A DNA stretch of 59,022 nucleotides, filler included, from Ionaspis alba (lineage: Eukaryota): NCBI GenBank assembly GCA_964255285.1. It is 2 parts of 2 records of this genome, joined end to end, with 100 filler letters (N's around TTAATTAATTAA, not from the genome) between each part and the next. Parts side by side here need not be neighbours in the genome. Positions count along the whole stretch, not along the records: positions 1 to 29,483 come from CAXUUL010000122.1; 1 more part is not named here. One strand, given 5' to 3'. The notes beneath the pieces were generated by a model. The model made no database searches and was not told the origin of the DNA. It saw only the letters and a program-made list of their open reading frames with translations. The position numbers were made by a program, and so were the translations under genes. Shown here in pieces: positions 1 to 12,189 of the stretch; within the stretch, counting starts at the first letter, position 1; each line of letters begins with the position of its first letter.

Positions 1-1292
1 TTACCCGGGGATAACGTGCCTACCCGGTGATGAAGTGCTTGCCCGGGGATGGTTGACCTACCCGGTGATAGAAAATATAGTTTGCCCCCGTAAATTCTCC
101 ATAACCGGGTAGGTGATTACCCGGGGGTGCAAAATGTAGTTCCTCGAGCTCTCCATGGCCGGGTAAGCTTCTTACCCGGCCATGAAATATTAGCTCGCTG
201 AAGACGAAGTTACCCGGTGATGGGCCAGGGGAAAAAATTTCCCTAAAAATCGAAGAGCCCGAGCCGCCGCCCCCTCCAATTATTTACCCGGTGATGGACC
301 TTGCGACCCATCCCACCCTCCTTTTTCTGATCTTTCCGGGGGCCGGATCTTCCCTCGATCCCCGGGGGAGCCTAAAAGGAAAAACCCCCAGGCAAAATAG
401 AAGGAGGGGGTTTTTCCCTCGCAAAGGTCGGGGATGATAAACCTATCCCTGTCAGCCCTCCGCAGTTTTGGGGGGATTATTTCTTCCTCCTTCCCGATAC
501 GACGCATCTAATTGTGAGGATCTACGTCCCCCGGAAGGTACCCACAGGGAGATCTTTATATGTACCTCTATAAGAGGGTCCCAGCCATGAAATACAGAGA
601 CTTTGCCACTTATTTTAATTATTTTAGCTGATCTGTTTTAGCCTTACCTATTATTCCCGCCTTCAATCCAATGTATATCTGGAATATTTGTATGGTACCT
701 TCGAACGCGTTTATATTTTCTGAAAATATCTGGGCTTTAATGGATCCTGCTGTTCTCGTGCAAATATTGTTTTGGCGGAAAATTTTTGGCGAATCGAAAT
801 CCCTATTACCCGGTAATGATTGTGGTTACCCGGCCATGAAACTGCCTATTGGTTTATAGATAACTTAGGCTGTTTTAATGACGTGCCACACATCGATTAA
901 CTAATCAATCACTGGCTCAGGCCCCCCCGTTTTAAAATTAAGGGAGGTCCCCTTTTAAACCTTTCCAAAACCCCCCATTAACGCCCCAAACCTGTGTTTA
1001 GAGCCTGGTAGTATTCAGTAAAAACTTGGCTCTCTGCCATTTCTTACCCGGTGGTGGAAAACCTACGCGCAAAATACATTTTGGGCCCCACCGGTCTGTC
1101 TTCTGTACCCGATAATAGAACCTGGACAGTTGGATCGCCGCGTCGGCAGCAAAAACCAGTTGAAACAAGGCCATATATGGAGAAACCCCCCTTCGCGCTC
1201 GGCCACCTGTAGCGGACGAGGGATAGGGGGAAGGGAACCTTTTTAGGGGCCCCCGGGGGAAAATCAAGCCGGGCTGGGCTTACGCTCAGTTG
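1..1292. mobile_element. Probable degenerate transposon/repeat remnant (truncated at window start) carrying an array of TTACCCGG motifs
   Basis: No credible ORF. Composition differs from the rest of the window (runs of C/G and A/T). Contains 12 copies of (T)TACCCGG in both orientations and returns to ordinary ACL1 3' flank sequence at about 1293. The element family is not identified. Confidence 0.45.
154..184. repeat. Perfect 14-bp inverted repeat (CATGGCCGGGTAAG-ctt-CTTACCCGGCCATG)
   Basis: Arms 154-167 and 171-184 are exact reverse complements around a 3-nt loop. Confidence 0.95.
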
Positions 1293-1526
1293 TATATCAA
1301 ATTGGGATGCCCGTGGGATGATTTCATATTATTGTATTCAACTTTCCACATCATAATCATTAAGCAATGGTAATTCTTGTAGTTACACGCCCAGTTCTAG
1401 TGCTTGCATACCGAAACAAATCCCGTGCAAACCCTGGATTAGTGGGCGTAAAATCAAACGTCCACATTGGCCACAGAGTATCAAGCCCGCCGTCCGATTT
1501 TCATCCGAAAGAAATTGTGCACCATC

Positions 1527-3717
1527 TTACAGGCTAACCTCTACTCTACCCTCATTACCAGGTGCGCCCTGCGCGAGGTTGGGCAAAAGGTAGGTGATGT
1601 CGTCCCATGGATGTCTATATAAGCCAGTCCTCAATCGCTTCTGGTCCAAATAGTGGGCGATCAAACCGATACTCCTTCCGAGTACAAACAAACCGTTCAG
1701 AACACCCATCGCAAGGTAGTCTTCTGCTTCTTCAGGGCTGAAAGCGCCGCAGTTGCGCATAAGATCCACAAAGCAGACAGCTACGCAACCATCAACATTG
1801 AGGATGAGGTTGTCCTTCTTGGATGTGGTGACGGTCTCGACAGCAATGGCGTAGTCTAGCATTTTGCATGACGGGAATCGCTTCTTGACGAATTCCTTGA
1901 CCAACTCTACCCTTAAGTCTGGATTGTTGCGAGACTTGACTCTGTGGCCAATTCCAGGAACTACAAGGATGATTAGTTTCTTTCTTTAGGCGATGTGATA
2001 TGGATTTACCTACTGAGCTTGTTCTCCTTCCTCATCGTGTCAACAAAGTCACGAGGACTAAGACCCTTGTCGAATGCCTTCGTGAATTCTTCGGCAGCAC
2101 CATCCAATGCGCCACCAAATCGAGAGCCGATGGTTAGGAGACCCGATACAAGCGCACTGATCAAATCTTTACCTGCACGAGTAGTGATGATAGTGTTCAT
2201 GGCTCCCGATACGGCAGGTCCATGATCAGCGGTCAACATGAGAACCATTTCAAGGAATTTGCTAGCGTAGTCTGGCAATCGTCGGCGGAACCAGAGGAGG
2301 GACATGACGCCTCCAATACCAATTTCTTCCTTGAAGACGTCAGAGATCGGCATTCCAGCGTAAAGCAGCTCTTGACCACGATCATCAGAGATGGTTGAGA
2401 TGAAGGCGGCGGGTTTCCGGACAAGTCCAAGCTCCTGTGCCCAGGAGTAGTCGATGGGAATCTTGGGCGGAACTGGTTCCGGTTGAGGCTTGATGGTACC
2501 TTGCTTGACCAACTTCTCATAAACCTGGGCGAGAAGGGCTGGCATATCCTCAAAGGTATTCGGTACGTGGATTCCGGCATCTTTCATGGACTTGTTTTTC
2601 ATCGCGGCAGTCTCCAGTTGCGAGTTGGCGAACGAACCAGCATGGCCAAATTGCACCTCGGTTTTGAACATGCTTGCGCATGTCCCGATTGCCCATGCAA
2701 CCACAGGTTTCGTGATAGTACCATTCTTCACAGCCTCGATGACCTTGTACTCTTCAATGCCACCAACTTCGCCAAGAAGTAGCAGGAGCTTGCATTCGGG
2801 ATCGGCTTGATATCGGAGCATGTGGTCGATGAAGGTCGTACCTGGATAACGGTCGCCACCAATGGCAACACCCTCATAAACACCATCCGTAGTGTTAGCG
2901 ATGATGTTGTTCAGCTCGTTGGACATACCTCCAGATTTGGAGACATATCCAACGGAGCCTTTGCGATATAGCTTGGAGGCAACGATGTTGTCCATCATAC
3001 CTCCTGTGTTACCAATCTTGAATGAGCCGGGTTTGATACCACCGACTGTTGCAGGACCGATGATGGTCACTCCTCTTTGCTTCGCAACATACAGAATTTC
3101 ACGAGCACGTCGTTCCGGTACACCTTCGGCTATAATGGCGATAGACTTGATTTGGGGATGTTGCATCAACTCCATAGTCGAGCTAAAAACACTACGGGAA
3201 GAGGCGAAGTTGACGATGGTATCGACATCGGTGTGTTTGGCCATTGCCTTCTCCACATCTTTGTAAACGGGTAGCAAGGTCTCACTTGTACCCCAATACC
3301 TATCCAATCTCGTGTCAGCGACGTATCACTATTCTCAGGGCATTGGCCACTTACATCTTGCTGACGAATTGCCCGCCAAAAGGATAGATGATGCCAGCGA
3401 CGGAAGGAGTCGTGCGCTTGCAGATAAAGTCGAAGTCGAGCATGCCCTGCACGGCACGAGGCTGCAATCCACTAAGATACAGAAATCAGTATAACGTCGG
3501 ATGTGGGTGCAGAGGCCTTGGCATACTAGACGAAACATCGCGTTTTGTTGTGGAAGAGCATATGATCTGCATGTGGACTTAACGGACGACTGGGAGCCAC
3601 GAAACGGCGAATGTTGTCGTTTGCGGAGAGACCATCCGTCTTTGCAGTACTGTTGGCGGTGGGAACGGATGTCGAGGTGTTTGGCGTGCCATTTGTGACC
3701 GGAGCAGCTGGAGGCAT
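1527..3717 (-). CDS. ACL1: ATP-citrate lyase subunit 1 (CoA-binding, phospho-His and citrate-synthase-like domains), 3 introns
   Basis: Motifs [22 protein letters not shown], catalytic [15 protein letters not shown] and LYRHPWDDI. Exons join through GTATGC/GTAAGT/GTAGGT..AG introns. ATG at 3717, TAA at 1527. Confidence 0.97.
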
Positions 3718-3770
3718 GATTGGCCTGTGTGGACGAGGATTTGAGGGAGTTAGAAGTATATGACTCTTCT

Positions 3771-3889
3771 CTGGAGGGTAGCAGGTGTCAGTATCTCAAC
3801 ACTGTGTAGTTTGCCTTTCAGAGAGAATGAGAACTTTCAACGCATCTGGACACAAGAAAACGTTTCCGAGAGTGGAGCGGTGAGCTTAC
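3771..3889 (-). other. Predicted 5'UTR intron of ACL1
   Basis: GTAAGC donor at 3889, CTGAC branch, CCAG acceptor at 3771, upstream of the ATG. Confidence 0.55.
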
Positions 3890-4948
3890 TGTGGAAGCTG
3901 ACCCTGTGCAGAATAGCAGAAAGGCTGAACAATTCTCTTTTCCGGTGGGATAACGAGACTGTAGAGAAGAGAGAATTTGTACGACGTGGATTGGAAAAGT
4001 GAAGGAGGCTCGAAGTGTAACAATTGAACAATTCGAAAGTGTTATGGAAGTGTTTTTTCCCCGAAGGTTGAATACTGTAGGAAGAGGTGAGAATAATAAA
4101 TAATAGTGGCCCGTGCCCCTTCCTGCTCCTTCCGGCGTTTTGGCTGTTGGGCAAAGCTTTTGGGAGCTGGGGAAGGCGCTAACCTTAGTGGTCGTAGGCC
4201 AGGATGCGAACTATCTTGCTGAAGGGGAGTCACAGTATGTGGCGGGCTGATGATTGTGTCGATCTCCGCGGCTATCGAAAGAGGTCGTTCACTCCTGACG
4301 GATCGTGTCGTGCATCTGGGAAGAATTGAGGACAAAACCCTCAGGGAAGGACAGCCTGATTNNNNNNNNNNNNNNNNNNNNNNNNNNNNNNNNNNNNNNN
4401 NNNNNNNNNNNNNNNNNNNNNNNNNNNNNNNNNNNNNNNNNNNNNNNNNNNNNNNNNNNNNGTCGTGCATCTGGGAAGAATTGAGGACAAAACCCTCAGG
4501 GAAGGACAGCCTGATTTCTCCGAATGAGCCGTGATATTCTCGATTAGGGTTGCAAAGTGGTCGTGGGGCCTTGATTATTGACGACTACGGAATACTCGCC
4601 TGGACTGGCTGTTCCTGGCTCGCTTCAGCTGGCTTAGCGATCTTGGCAGGGCGGGCAAAAAATGGGCAGTTGAACCCAACGGGCGGGAAAGAACAGCGGA
4701 GCTAGGCTGAGCTAGAAGAAGGCGGTCTGATCCACGGAAAGAAAGCATCAGCAACAGCGAAGTCCACAATAATAATACAGCTAACACTTCTTTCTTCACC
4801 TCGACACTGTGTCTTCTCTCCATTCTTGTGCCACTGAAACAATCTCATCCTGCTCATACTCTCCTGCTTTCTCTTTACAAATTCATCGTTGGCGGATTGC
4901 ATCCAATAAGCCTTTGAGCTCCAAAAGTCCCACTAAACTCCGCTATAG

Positions 4949-5037
4949 GTAAGCAAACCATCGAGCATCTTCTCCCCACCCTGACCATAGCGACCGTCTC
5001 TTGCAGATGTAGACGCTGATTGCTGGAGGTTCTCTAG
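4949..5037 (+). other. Predicted 5'UTR intron of ACL2
   Basis: AG|GTAAGC donor, GCTGAT branch, CTAG acceptor 26 nt before the ATG. Confidence 0.55.
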
Positions 5038-5063
5038 ACTTCAATTAGTTCTCTACGCCCGTA

Positions 5064-6786
5064 ATGTCCGCCAAATCTATCCTCGAGGCCGACGGCAAGG
5101 CCATCCTAAACTACCACCTCACCAGGGCCCCAGTCATCAAGCCAACACCGCTCCCCTCATCTGGCACTCACAACGCTTCTCCGAAATTGGCATCCCTCTA
5201 CTTCCCCGAGGATGCCGCTGTTTCTGGTATCCTCGACCAAGCCGAGTCTACATATCCGTGGCTGCTTGCTAGCGGTGCTCGATTTGTTGCCAAACCAGAT
5301 CAGCTGATCAAACGGCGAGGCAAGAGCGGCCTCCTTGCTCTTAACAAGACCTGGCCCGAGGCCCGGGCCTGGATTGAGTCCAAAGCTGGGAAGGCTCAGC
5401 AGGTCGAAACAGTCCAAGGTGTTTTAAGGCAATTCTTGGTCGAGCCTTTTGTACCACATCCTTCCGACACCGAGTACTATATCAACATCAACTCCGTTCG
5501 AGAGGTATGTTCATCGTCATGCTCCCCGTTTTCGCTTGCTCGGACAATACCTCAATTGCCGAATCTTGCGATGCAAACATTTTTGGCGTCTATACTTTCC
5601 AACGCCTTCGTCGTTATAGCAATCCGCTTTCAGAATGATACGATGGATGTATTCTTTGCAAGTGTTAGTGGCCATGGTTTGGCAGGGTGGCTGATGTGTC
5701 TTCTTTGCCTAGGGTGACTGGATCCTGTTCACACACGAGGGAGGCGTTGACGTGGGTGATGTCGACACCAAGGCCAAGAAGCTGCTTGTCCCTGTGGATC
5801 TCGCAGCATACCCTTCGAATGAACAAATCGCCGCCACGCTACTCAAGGAAGTGCCAAAAGGTGTCCACAATGTCCTCGTTGATTTCATATCACGCCTGTA
5901 TGCCGTCTACGTCGATTGCCAGTTCACTTACCTCGAAATCAACCCGCTTGTCGTCATTCCAAATGCCCAGGCTACTTCGGCCGAGGTTCACTTCCTTGAT
6001 CTCGCCGCGAAGCTCGACCAGACTGCTGAATTCGAATGCGGTGTTAAGTGGGCCGTAGCCAGAAGCCCTGCCGCACTGGGTCTGCCAATATTGAAATCAG
6101 ATGGTAAAGTCAACATCGATGCGGGCCCTCCCATGGAGTTCCCTGCCCCATTTGGGCGCGAGATGAGCAAAGAAGAGGCCTACATCGCCGAGCTGGATGC
6201 CAAGACTGGTGCTTCATTGAAGCTCACAGTCCTGAATTCCGAGGGGCGCGTGTGGACACTTGTTGCTGGCGGTGGTGCGTCTGTGGTGTACGCCGATGCC
6301 ATTGCATCCGCTGGTTTTGCCAACGAGTTGGCAAATTACGGAGAATATTCTGGTGCACCTACCGAAACACAAACATACCACTACGCACGAACTGTCCTCG
6401 ATCTTATGCTCAGAGCGCCTTTGCATCCCGAGGGCAAGGTCTTGTTCATTGGCGGTGGTATTGCTAACTTTACCAATGTATGTGGGCGTATTCGATGTTC
6501 ATACTATGCTCACGCTGATCTCTTGACACAGGTCGCGTCTACCTTCAAAGGTGTAATCCGTGCTCTGCGAGAGTTTGCGAGCACACTGATCGAACACAAG
6601 GTTCAGATTTGGGTGCGACGCGCAGGACCTAACTACCAGGAAGGTCTAAAAAACATCAAGGCTGTTGGTGAGGAGCTTAAGCTCGATATGCACGTATTTG
6701 GCCCGGATATGCACGTCAGCGGAATCGTACCTTTGGCCTTGGTACCCGGGAAAGACAAAGGGACTGTGAAGGAATTTGGTGCTTAA
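5064..6786 (+). CDS. ACL2: ATP-citrate lyase subunit 2 (ATP-grasp and citrate-binding domains), 2 introns
   Basis: [12 protein letters not shown] start, [38 protein letters not shown] and [10 protein letters not shown]. Introns at about 5505-5712 and 6478-6531. Confidence 0.97.
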
Positions 6787-7235
6787 AGTTATAGAGTTGC
6801 TATCACCTCATCTCTGGTTCTCCGATGTACATGTTCGACAGGGGTAGGAACTTATTCTCTGGCGTGACTGACGTGACGACTGCTTGTTGAATTAGAAGGA
6901 GACTTTGTTTGCAGGATTAATAAAGCTTCTACCATAGTCTCACCCTCGAAGTCTCTAAACATCGTTCTTGGCTTGTCGATGCCGAGTACTGCAATGTGCA
7001 GTAACAGTTGGGGGATTTCCTGTTTTGATTTGCATCTAACTCCCAGTATCATGCAATCGACCATTTCTACACCAGAAGGACCTATTCATAATACAGCCAA
7101 GTCCTGCCTGGCCCTGCCCAAGTCCTCTCTCCCCTGACCCTCAGGCACGTTAGGGTTCCCATAGCACAAAACGGGATTAGTCCAGCCGTAGCCTCAGCAA
7201 CCGCAAAGGGAAGTTCATATCCAATTCGAAGAGAA

Positions 7236-7241
7236 ACGCGT
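7236..7241. promoter_or_regulatory. MCB-like element (ACGCGT) upstream of the DNA polymerase delta subunit gene
   Basis: Exact MluI cell-cycle box about 150 bp upstream of a replication gene. A 6-mer can occur by chance. Confidence 0.4.
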
Positions 7242-7392
7242 TACATGTAACGACAATCCCACACCCTACCTCTGTTGAATTGCCCGTGCACTACATAGTT
7301 GATCGTGCTGCTGGTGCGATCATTTCAGGCGCTTCAATTCAATCCGTGCAGATTCGTTTGTGTCTCGGAGAGCTGGACGGACACTCTCTGCT

Positions 7393-8178
7393 ATGCCTAC
7401 TACTCGTCGCAAAAATCCGAGTTCGAATTCCAGAGCTCAGCCAAAGCTAGCTTTCAACGCGCGCTCCAACAAAATTACAAAGCCATCAGTTGCAGCACCA
7501 TCAAAATCGCTGGGGACCGAGGGCACGGCGGCCGATAAGCTCTCCGACGCAACCACCGATGATATCCACGTCTCCTCAGTACCACAGATACCCGATGACG
7601 TGGATTTACAAGCTGAAGAACAGAACACCGCATCCGAGCTCGTCATAAGGCCTCAAGTTCTAGCTGAAAGCGAGAAGAGGACCGAATCTGAGGAAAGGGC
7701 CGCGAGAATCACAGATGCGCAACTCAAAGTATACTGGAAATCCAAGGAGGACGAGAGAAAGGCGCCTAGAGGTACGCTTTCCACAATTCATCTTGTTTCA
7801 AACTATGTTACAGTGACTGAGCTTCATGAGTTGATGCTGATGAACATTTGGTATCTGCATAGTCCACCAGCAGGGTATCGCCATGCATGACAAGATTTTG
7901 CGAGAATTCGATTTATCGAGCCAATATGGTGTATGTCATACCCCCGCGATTTCCCCTTACATACTTCGCTCTCCCCTCCTGGACCAACCGGACTAAGCAA
8001 ATCTCAGCCTTGTATTGGAATTGCCAGAATGAAGAGGTGGAAACGAGCAGAAAAGTTGGGCCTCAACCCTCCAATAGAAGTCCTCGCCGTGTTACTGAAA
8101 GAAGATGCCAAGAATAACGTCAAGGCTCGACGAGCGTACGTCGATGAGCTAGTTTCTTCGAATTTTCTAGTCGACTGA
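7393..8178 (+). CDS. POLD4: DNA polymerase delta subunit 4 (p12/Cdm1 family), 2 introns
   Basis: Spliced product reads ..APRVHQQGIAMHDKILREFDLSSQYGPCIGIARMKRWKRAEKLGLNPPIEVLAVLLKE.., the typical DNA_pol_delta_4 domain. Confidence 0.9.
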
Positions 8179-9748
8179 ACTGCAATCGTATGGCAAGTCC
8201 GATTGCGCTTTAGAAGGTCGCAATGGAGATTTTGAGCTCCTAGCCCGATTTGGGATCTGCCGACAAGAAATGCATGGTTTGAGGAGTTTGACTGGATAAG
8301 AATAGCGTCCCATGGTGTTTCGTGAGGATGAAATCACAAAGATCGTGCTTGATCTTCCCCTCATCGAATCCTGCAGGTGAAAGAACGATCGTGATCTTGT
8401 CTCTAGAATAACTCAGTTTATCTGACCGGGAATTCACCACCAATGCGACCTGGATGGCCCACTTGCAGACGAAGCCGGAACATCGTCCGCAAGCACCCTT
8501 GCCGTTGATTTAGTCAGGATATCTCGAACGAGAGCTTCGTGGGAGTTGACGGCATGGGGGTTAGTGATGCATTAGTATTAGGAGCCTTTAGTGGGCCCTA
8601 AGCTCGTTTCACTCGCTGTCATAGAGATATTCCGGCGTTCCTGGACCCTCATGAGAGGTCCGTGTGCACCATTCTATCTATCCCTGGACGAGCTTATAGA
8701 TTGCAGCACGGGAGAGCGTAGTACAGACCGAGCAATTACTCCGATATGCCGATGCGCTTTTTCCAGTATCAACTCAGAGTGTATATTAGCCGCAGAATAT
8801 GTCAATGACTCTCTTATGTCAGTCTTTCACCTTTTACTCTTTGTCTTCCATAAATATGTTCCCCGATGACACCAGCAATTCCAGACTTAACCCCAGATAT
8901 TGGTGCACCTCATGGAACAGATCAATGATTGTAAGCATGCATTTGTTGCCTCTGGCTTGCCGAAGCTCTGCTCGCAATCAAAGACTTTCTTTGGTCGTCG
9001 TTTCAACGGAAGGTTCTCAGGGGCGATGTTGTGAGACCTGCTCTTGGGCCAGGCTGCCTGCGTGGAAACCTTGATGCATGCGATAGAAGCAAAGACGAAG
9101 AAATCATGGCATTATCTCAACAAACAGAGCTGATCAACGATTGGGGTACGAAAAGGGTTAAGACATCGCAGATCTTAGCAGCACTCAGGGCCAGCCAGTC
9201 ATTGAGTAGTACAAGAGCAATGGAGACCATTACCAATGGAGAATAATACCATCGTCTAAGACCTCAGGCTAAATATTGTCTATCTAGCTCCTTAACATCG
9301 TCCTGGCATCGGATTCGGCCTCGAGGACTACTGCACCTCTTGCATGGGGATTACTAGGAATCCTAGCACTCGCAGAGCGTGGTACGCAACAGTCATCACA
9401 GGCAAAGTCTGGTCGGAGCACCTAACGGAGGTTTGACTCATCTCCCTTATTGTTGCGGAGAGCGAAAACCGAATTGGCATGTTACCTATGTTGCACATGA
9501 GTACGGGGGGCTTCTAGATTCACCGAAGTCTCGACTCGAAGAGACGGGGAAAAGGTCTGATCGTTCAACTTAGAGTAACCAAGCATAGTATATCCAACAA
9601 AGCTATACCATCTTACTATCGCGGAATTATACTTGTGGCTAATAAGGCCATCTTAACCGGTACAGTCGAAAACATGTCAAAGTCATTTTCTTAAACGTCG
9701 CTAGCTAGATACTACCATAGAGAACGAGCTACTAACTCTCGAAGACTC

Positions 9749-11369
9749 CTAATCCCTTATCCTTCGCAGTATTCTAAGAGGCATCGACAACTCCTCGCCT
9801 CGCTCCACATCTCCTGCGGCCAGATCAGCTTGTTTGCGTAGAGAGGGCAATAGGCCCCACACTGCTGCATCTGCCGCCAAGAATGCGAGCACAATCGGCA
9901 TGAGAACCTGGACCCCTTTTGCTTGGGCTATTGCGCCAACAGCAAAAGGAAGGGCGGTTCCTCCGATAGCCCCAAAAGCAGCGGCAAATCCCACACCACT
10001 AACATGCAAATGTGGAGGAAGGAGTTTGGTAGCAGCCACAACAGCTGCAGGGAAAAAAGGGCCAAGGAAAAACCCTTCGAGGGCGATAGCTATAAAAGAA
10101 ATAGGCAATGAAGGTACCAAATAGAGGATGATGTGAAATCCAAGTGTTATAGTCGAATATATCTAGTAGTATTTTTTTGATTAGTTATGTGGAGGCATGT
10201 TTGCAATCTTGGATTAGCGCGTACCAAGATAGCCAACTTCTCCCCAATTCTAGGAGTTATAAAGCCAAGAACAAGTCTACCCATCGTAATGCCCAGCCAA
10301 AAAACCGTAGCACTCAGTCCGGCCGCGAATGGGCTTGCATGACGAATTCTCAACATGAAAGTCACCACCCACCCACCAATTGCAACTTCTATTCCCACAT
10401 ATATGAGTAAGAAAACAGAGCATATCCATGTGATTCGACTCTTGAGAGCCTCCATAGTCCTTCCTCCTTTGCTCTGACCAGTTCTCGGATGTTCATGTCG
10501 AAACTTTTTGCCATTTTCCGCCCAAAATGCCATTAACGCCAAGATCAATTCAACTGCTGTAGCGCCGATCATGATGTAGTAGAAACTATACCACTGCAGA
10601 GCTCCTCGAGTCATCATTGACGTTGCAATTAAAGGGCTGAGCACGCCACCCAACCCGTACGCGGCATGGAGAAATCCTAATATCTCGTTGGCGTTCTGCA
10701 TTGCTCCAATCCAGGCATTCCATGCAGCATCCTCTAAACCGTTCCCAAATCCGGCGAGAATAAACGTTAACACGAGAACTGGATAGGGTGGGTGTTGAGA
10801 TATAACGACGTAGGCAATAAGACGAACTCCAGGGGCAATGAAAGCAACGCCTCGTTGGCCAAGGGTCATATGGATGCGATTGTTGAGTAGCGCCGATGTT
10901 ACGTAGCCGACGAGAGGGGAGAGAAAAACGAGAGAGACCACAGTGTAGCTAAGGTTGTAAAAAGTTTCCAGCTGGGTGGGTTGTCAGTGGGGTCCAGGCG
11001 AGGAGCGGGTTGCAGACATACATATGGAATCAAGGCCTATAATATTAGTCAATTCAAGGCCACCGCGGATAAGAGACATGAATATACCCCGTACACGGCA
11101 TCGTTGAGGCCCATGATGAGAAATCCATGACAGGCTACCAGCGTGCGCCACACGTTGATTCGCGGATGATTCCACATCTCCTGACTGGCAGCATCAACCG
11201 CCGGAGTGCATGGCTCCTCCTCTGGGCTATAGTCCCGAATCTGGCCTCCATGGGTGGATTTTGGCTTTAGTGCAGCAACTCCTTCTTCGCACGAGGCATG
11301 TCCTGACGTCGAAGATCGAGGAATTTGATTGAGTTGGGCAGCACTGTGTTCGTCGACATGAAGACTCAT
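9749..11369 (-). CDS. MFS transporter (Bsc6/fucose-permease-like), 3 introns including a 15-nt exon ALIPY
   Basis: GLNDAVYG|ALIPY|LETFY, GFGNGLEDAAWNAW, YVGIEVAIGGW, FWLGITMGR and GFFLGPFFP. Multiple hydrophobic helices. Confidence 0.9.
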
Positions 11370-12189
11370 AGTTCACAAACAGTTTCATAAACGCAGTTCG
11401 ACAATGCAATTAAAGATTGTAGTGGCATGTTGGCGAAGACAAGGAGGATGTGCATCATCCACAAGACCGATATCCGGTGCAACTTCGGCCATTAAAGCGG
11501 TAAATCTTCGGCAGCTAGTGGTTCTGAAAAGGGTCGTAGCAGAGTCCTTCAAACAGACCGTTGAGCATATATACAGAGAAGTCTTTCAGTATAGTACATA
11601 GGGGAATTAATCATCAGAGATGACTTAGGTAGTATGATAATCTATCCGTTGCAACCGGTTCCAATCTCTAGCACCTTATAGTCGCTGAAGTACAGCGGCT
11701 CCATCGTTGGGATAGGCTTGTCACCACTTGAGCGGGCGCAGGAAGTTGTGCAAAGTTCAGTCAGAGGAGCTGACACTCTGTGGGTCTCTGATTCGGCGAG
11801 GTATACAGCGAGCCGATATCTGCTGTAAATAATAATGATAGTTGATTTGTTTATCTGTAACGGCTTCCGAATCGAAGCTAACACCCAAATTTCAGCCCTA
11901 TAACCTGTGATTCCAATTCCACTCTCAGCAGTCCTACAACAACTAATTAGCGACCTTTACATCGTGGAATCTCGTGCAGCATTCACACAATCCTCGAAAT
12001 ACGGGGATCTTTTTCCTAAATACAGATTGCGTGGCTTGATCTACATCGCTGATTCTCAACGTCAGCAGCATCCTCCTCCATAGTCTTCAGCACACTCCTA
12101 GTCTGCCGCATCCTCCCCTGTCCTGAATTTTCGCTGCAGACGGGTTTATTGGGAGCTGTAATATCTTTTATTCGCTCGTGACGGTCACC

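Noticed and set aside
1..300. CRISPR-like reading of the spaced TACCCGG repeats
   Set aside because: Repeats are only 7-16 bp, irregularly spaced and in mixed orientation, in a eukaryotic genome with no cas genes.
4307..4516. 55-bp direct repeat flanking the N gap in the ACL promoter
   Set aside because: Identical sequence on both sides of a fixed 100-N gap indicates unmerged overlapping contig ends, not a real duplication or target-site repeat.
8180..9740. Short ORFs between POLD4 and the MFS gene
   Set aside because: All under 100 aa, with no motif, no consistent splice pattern and no tRNA or snRNA structure recognised.
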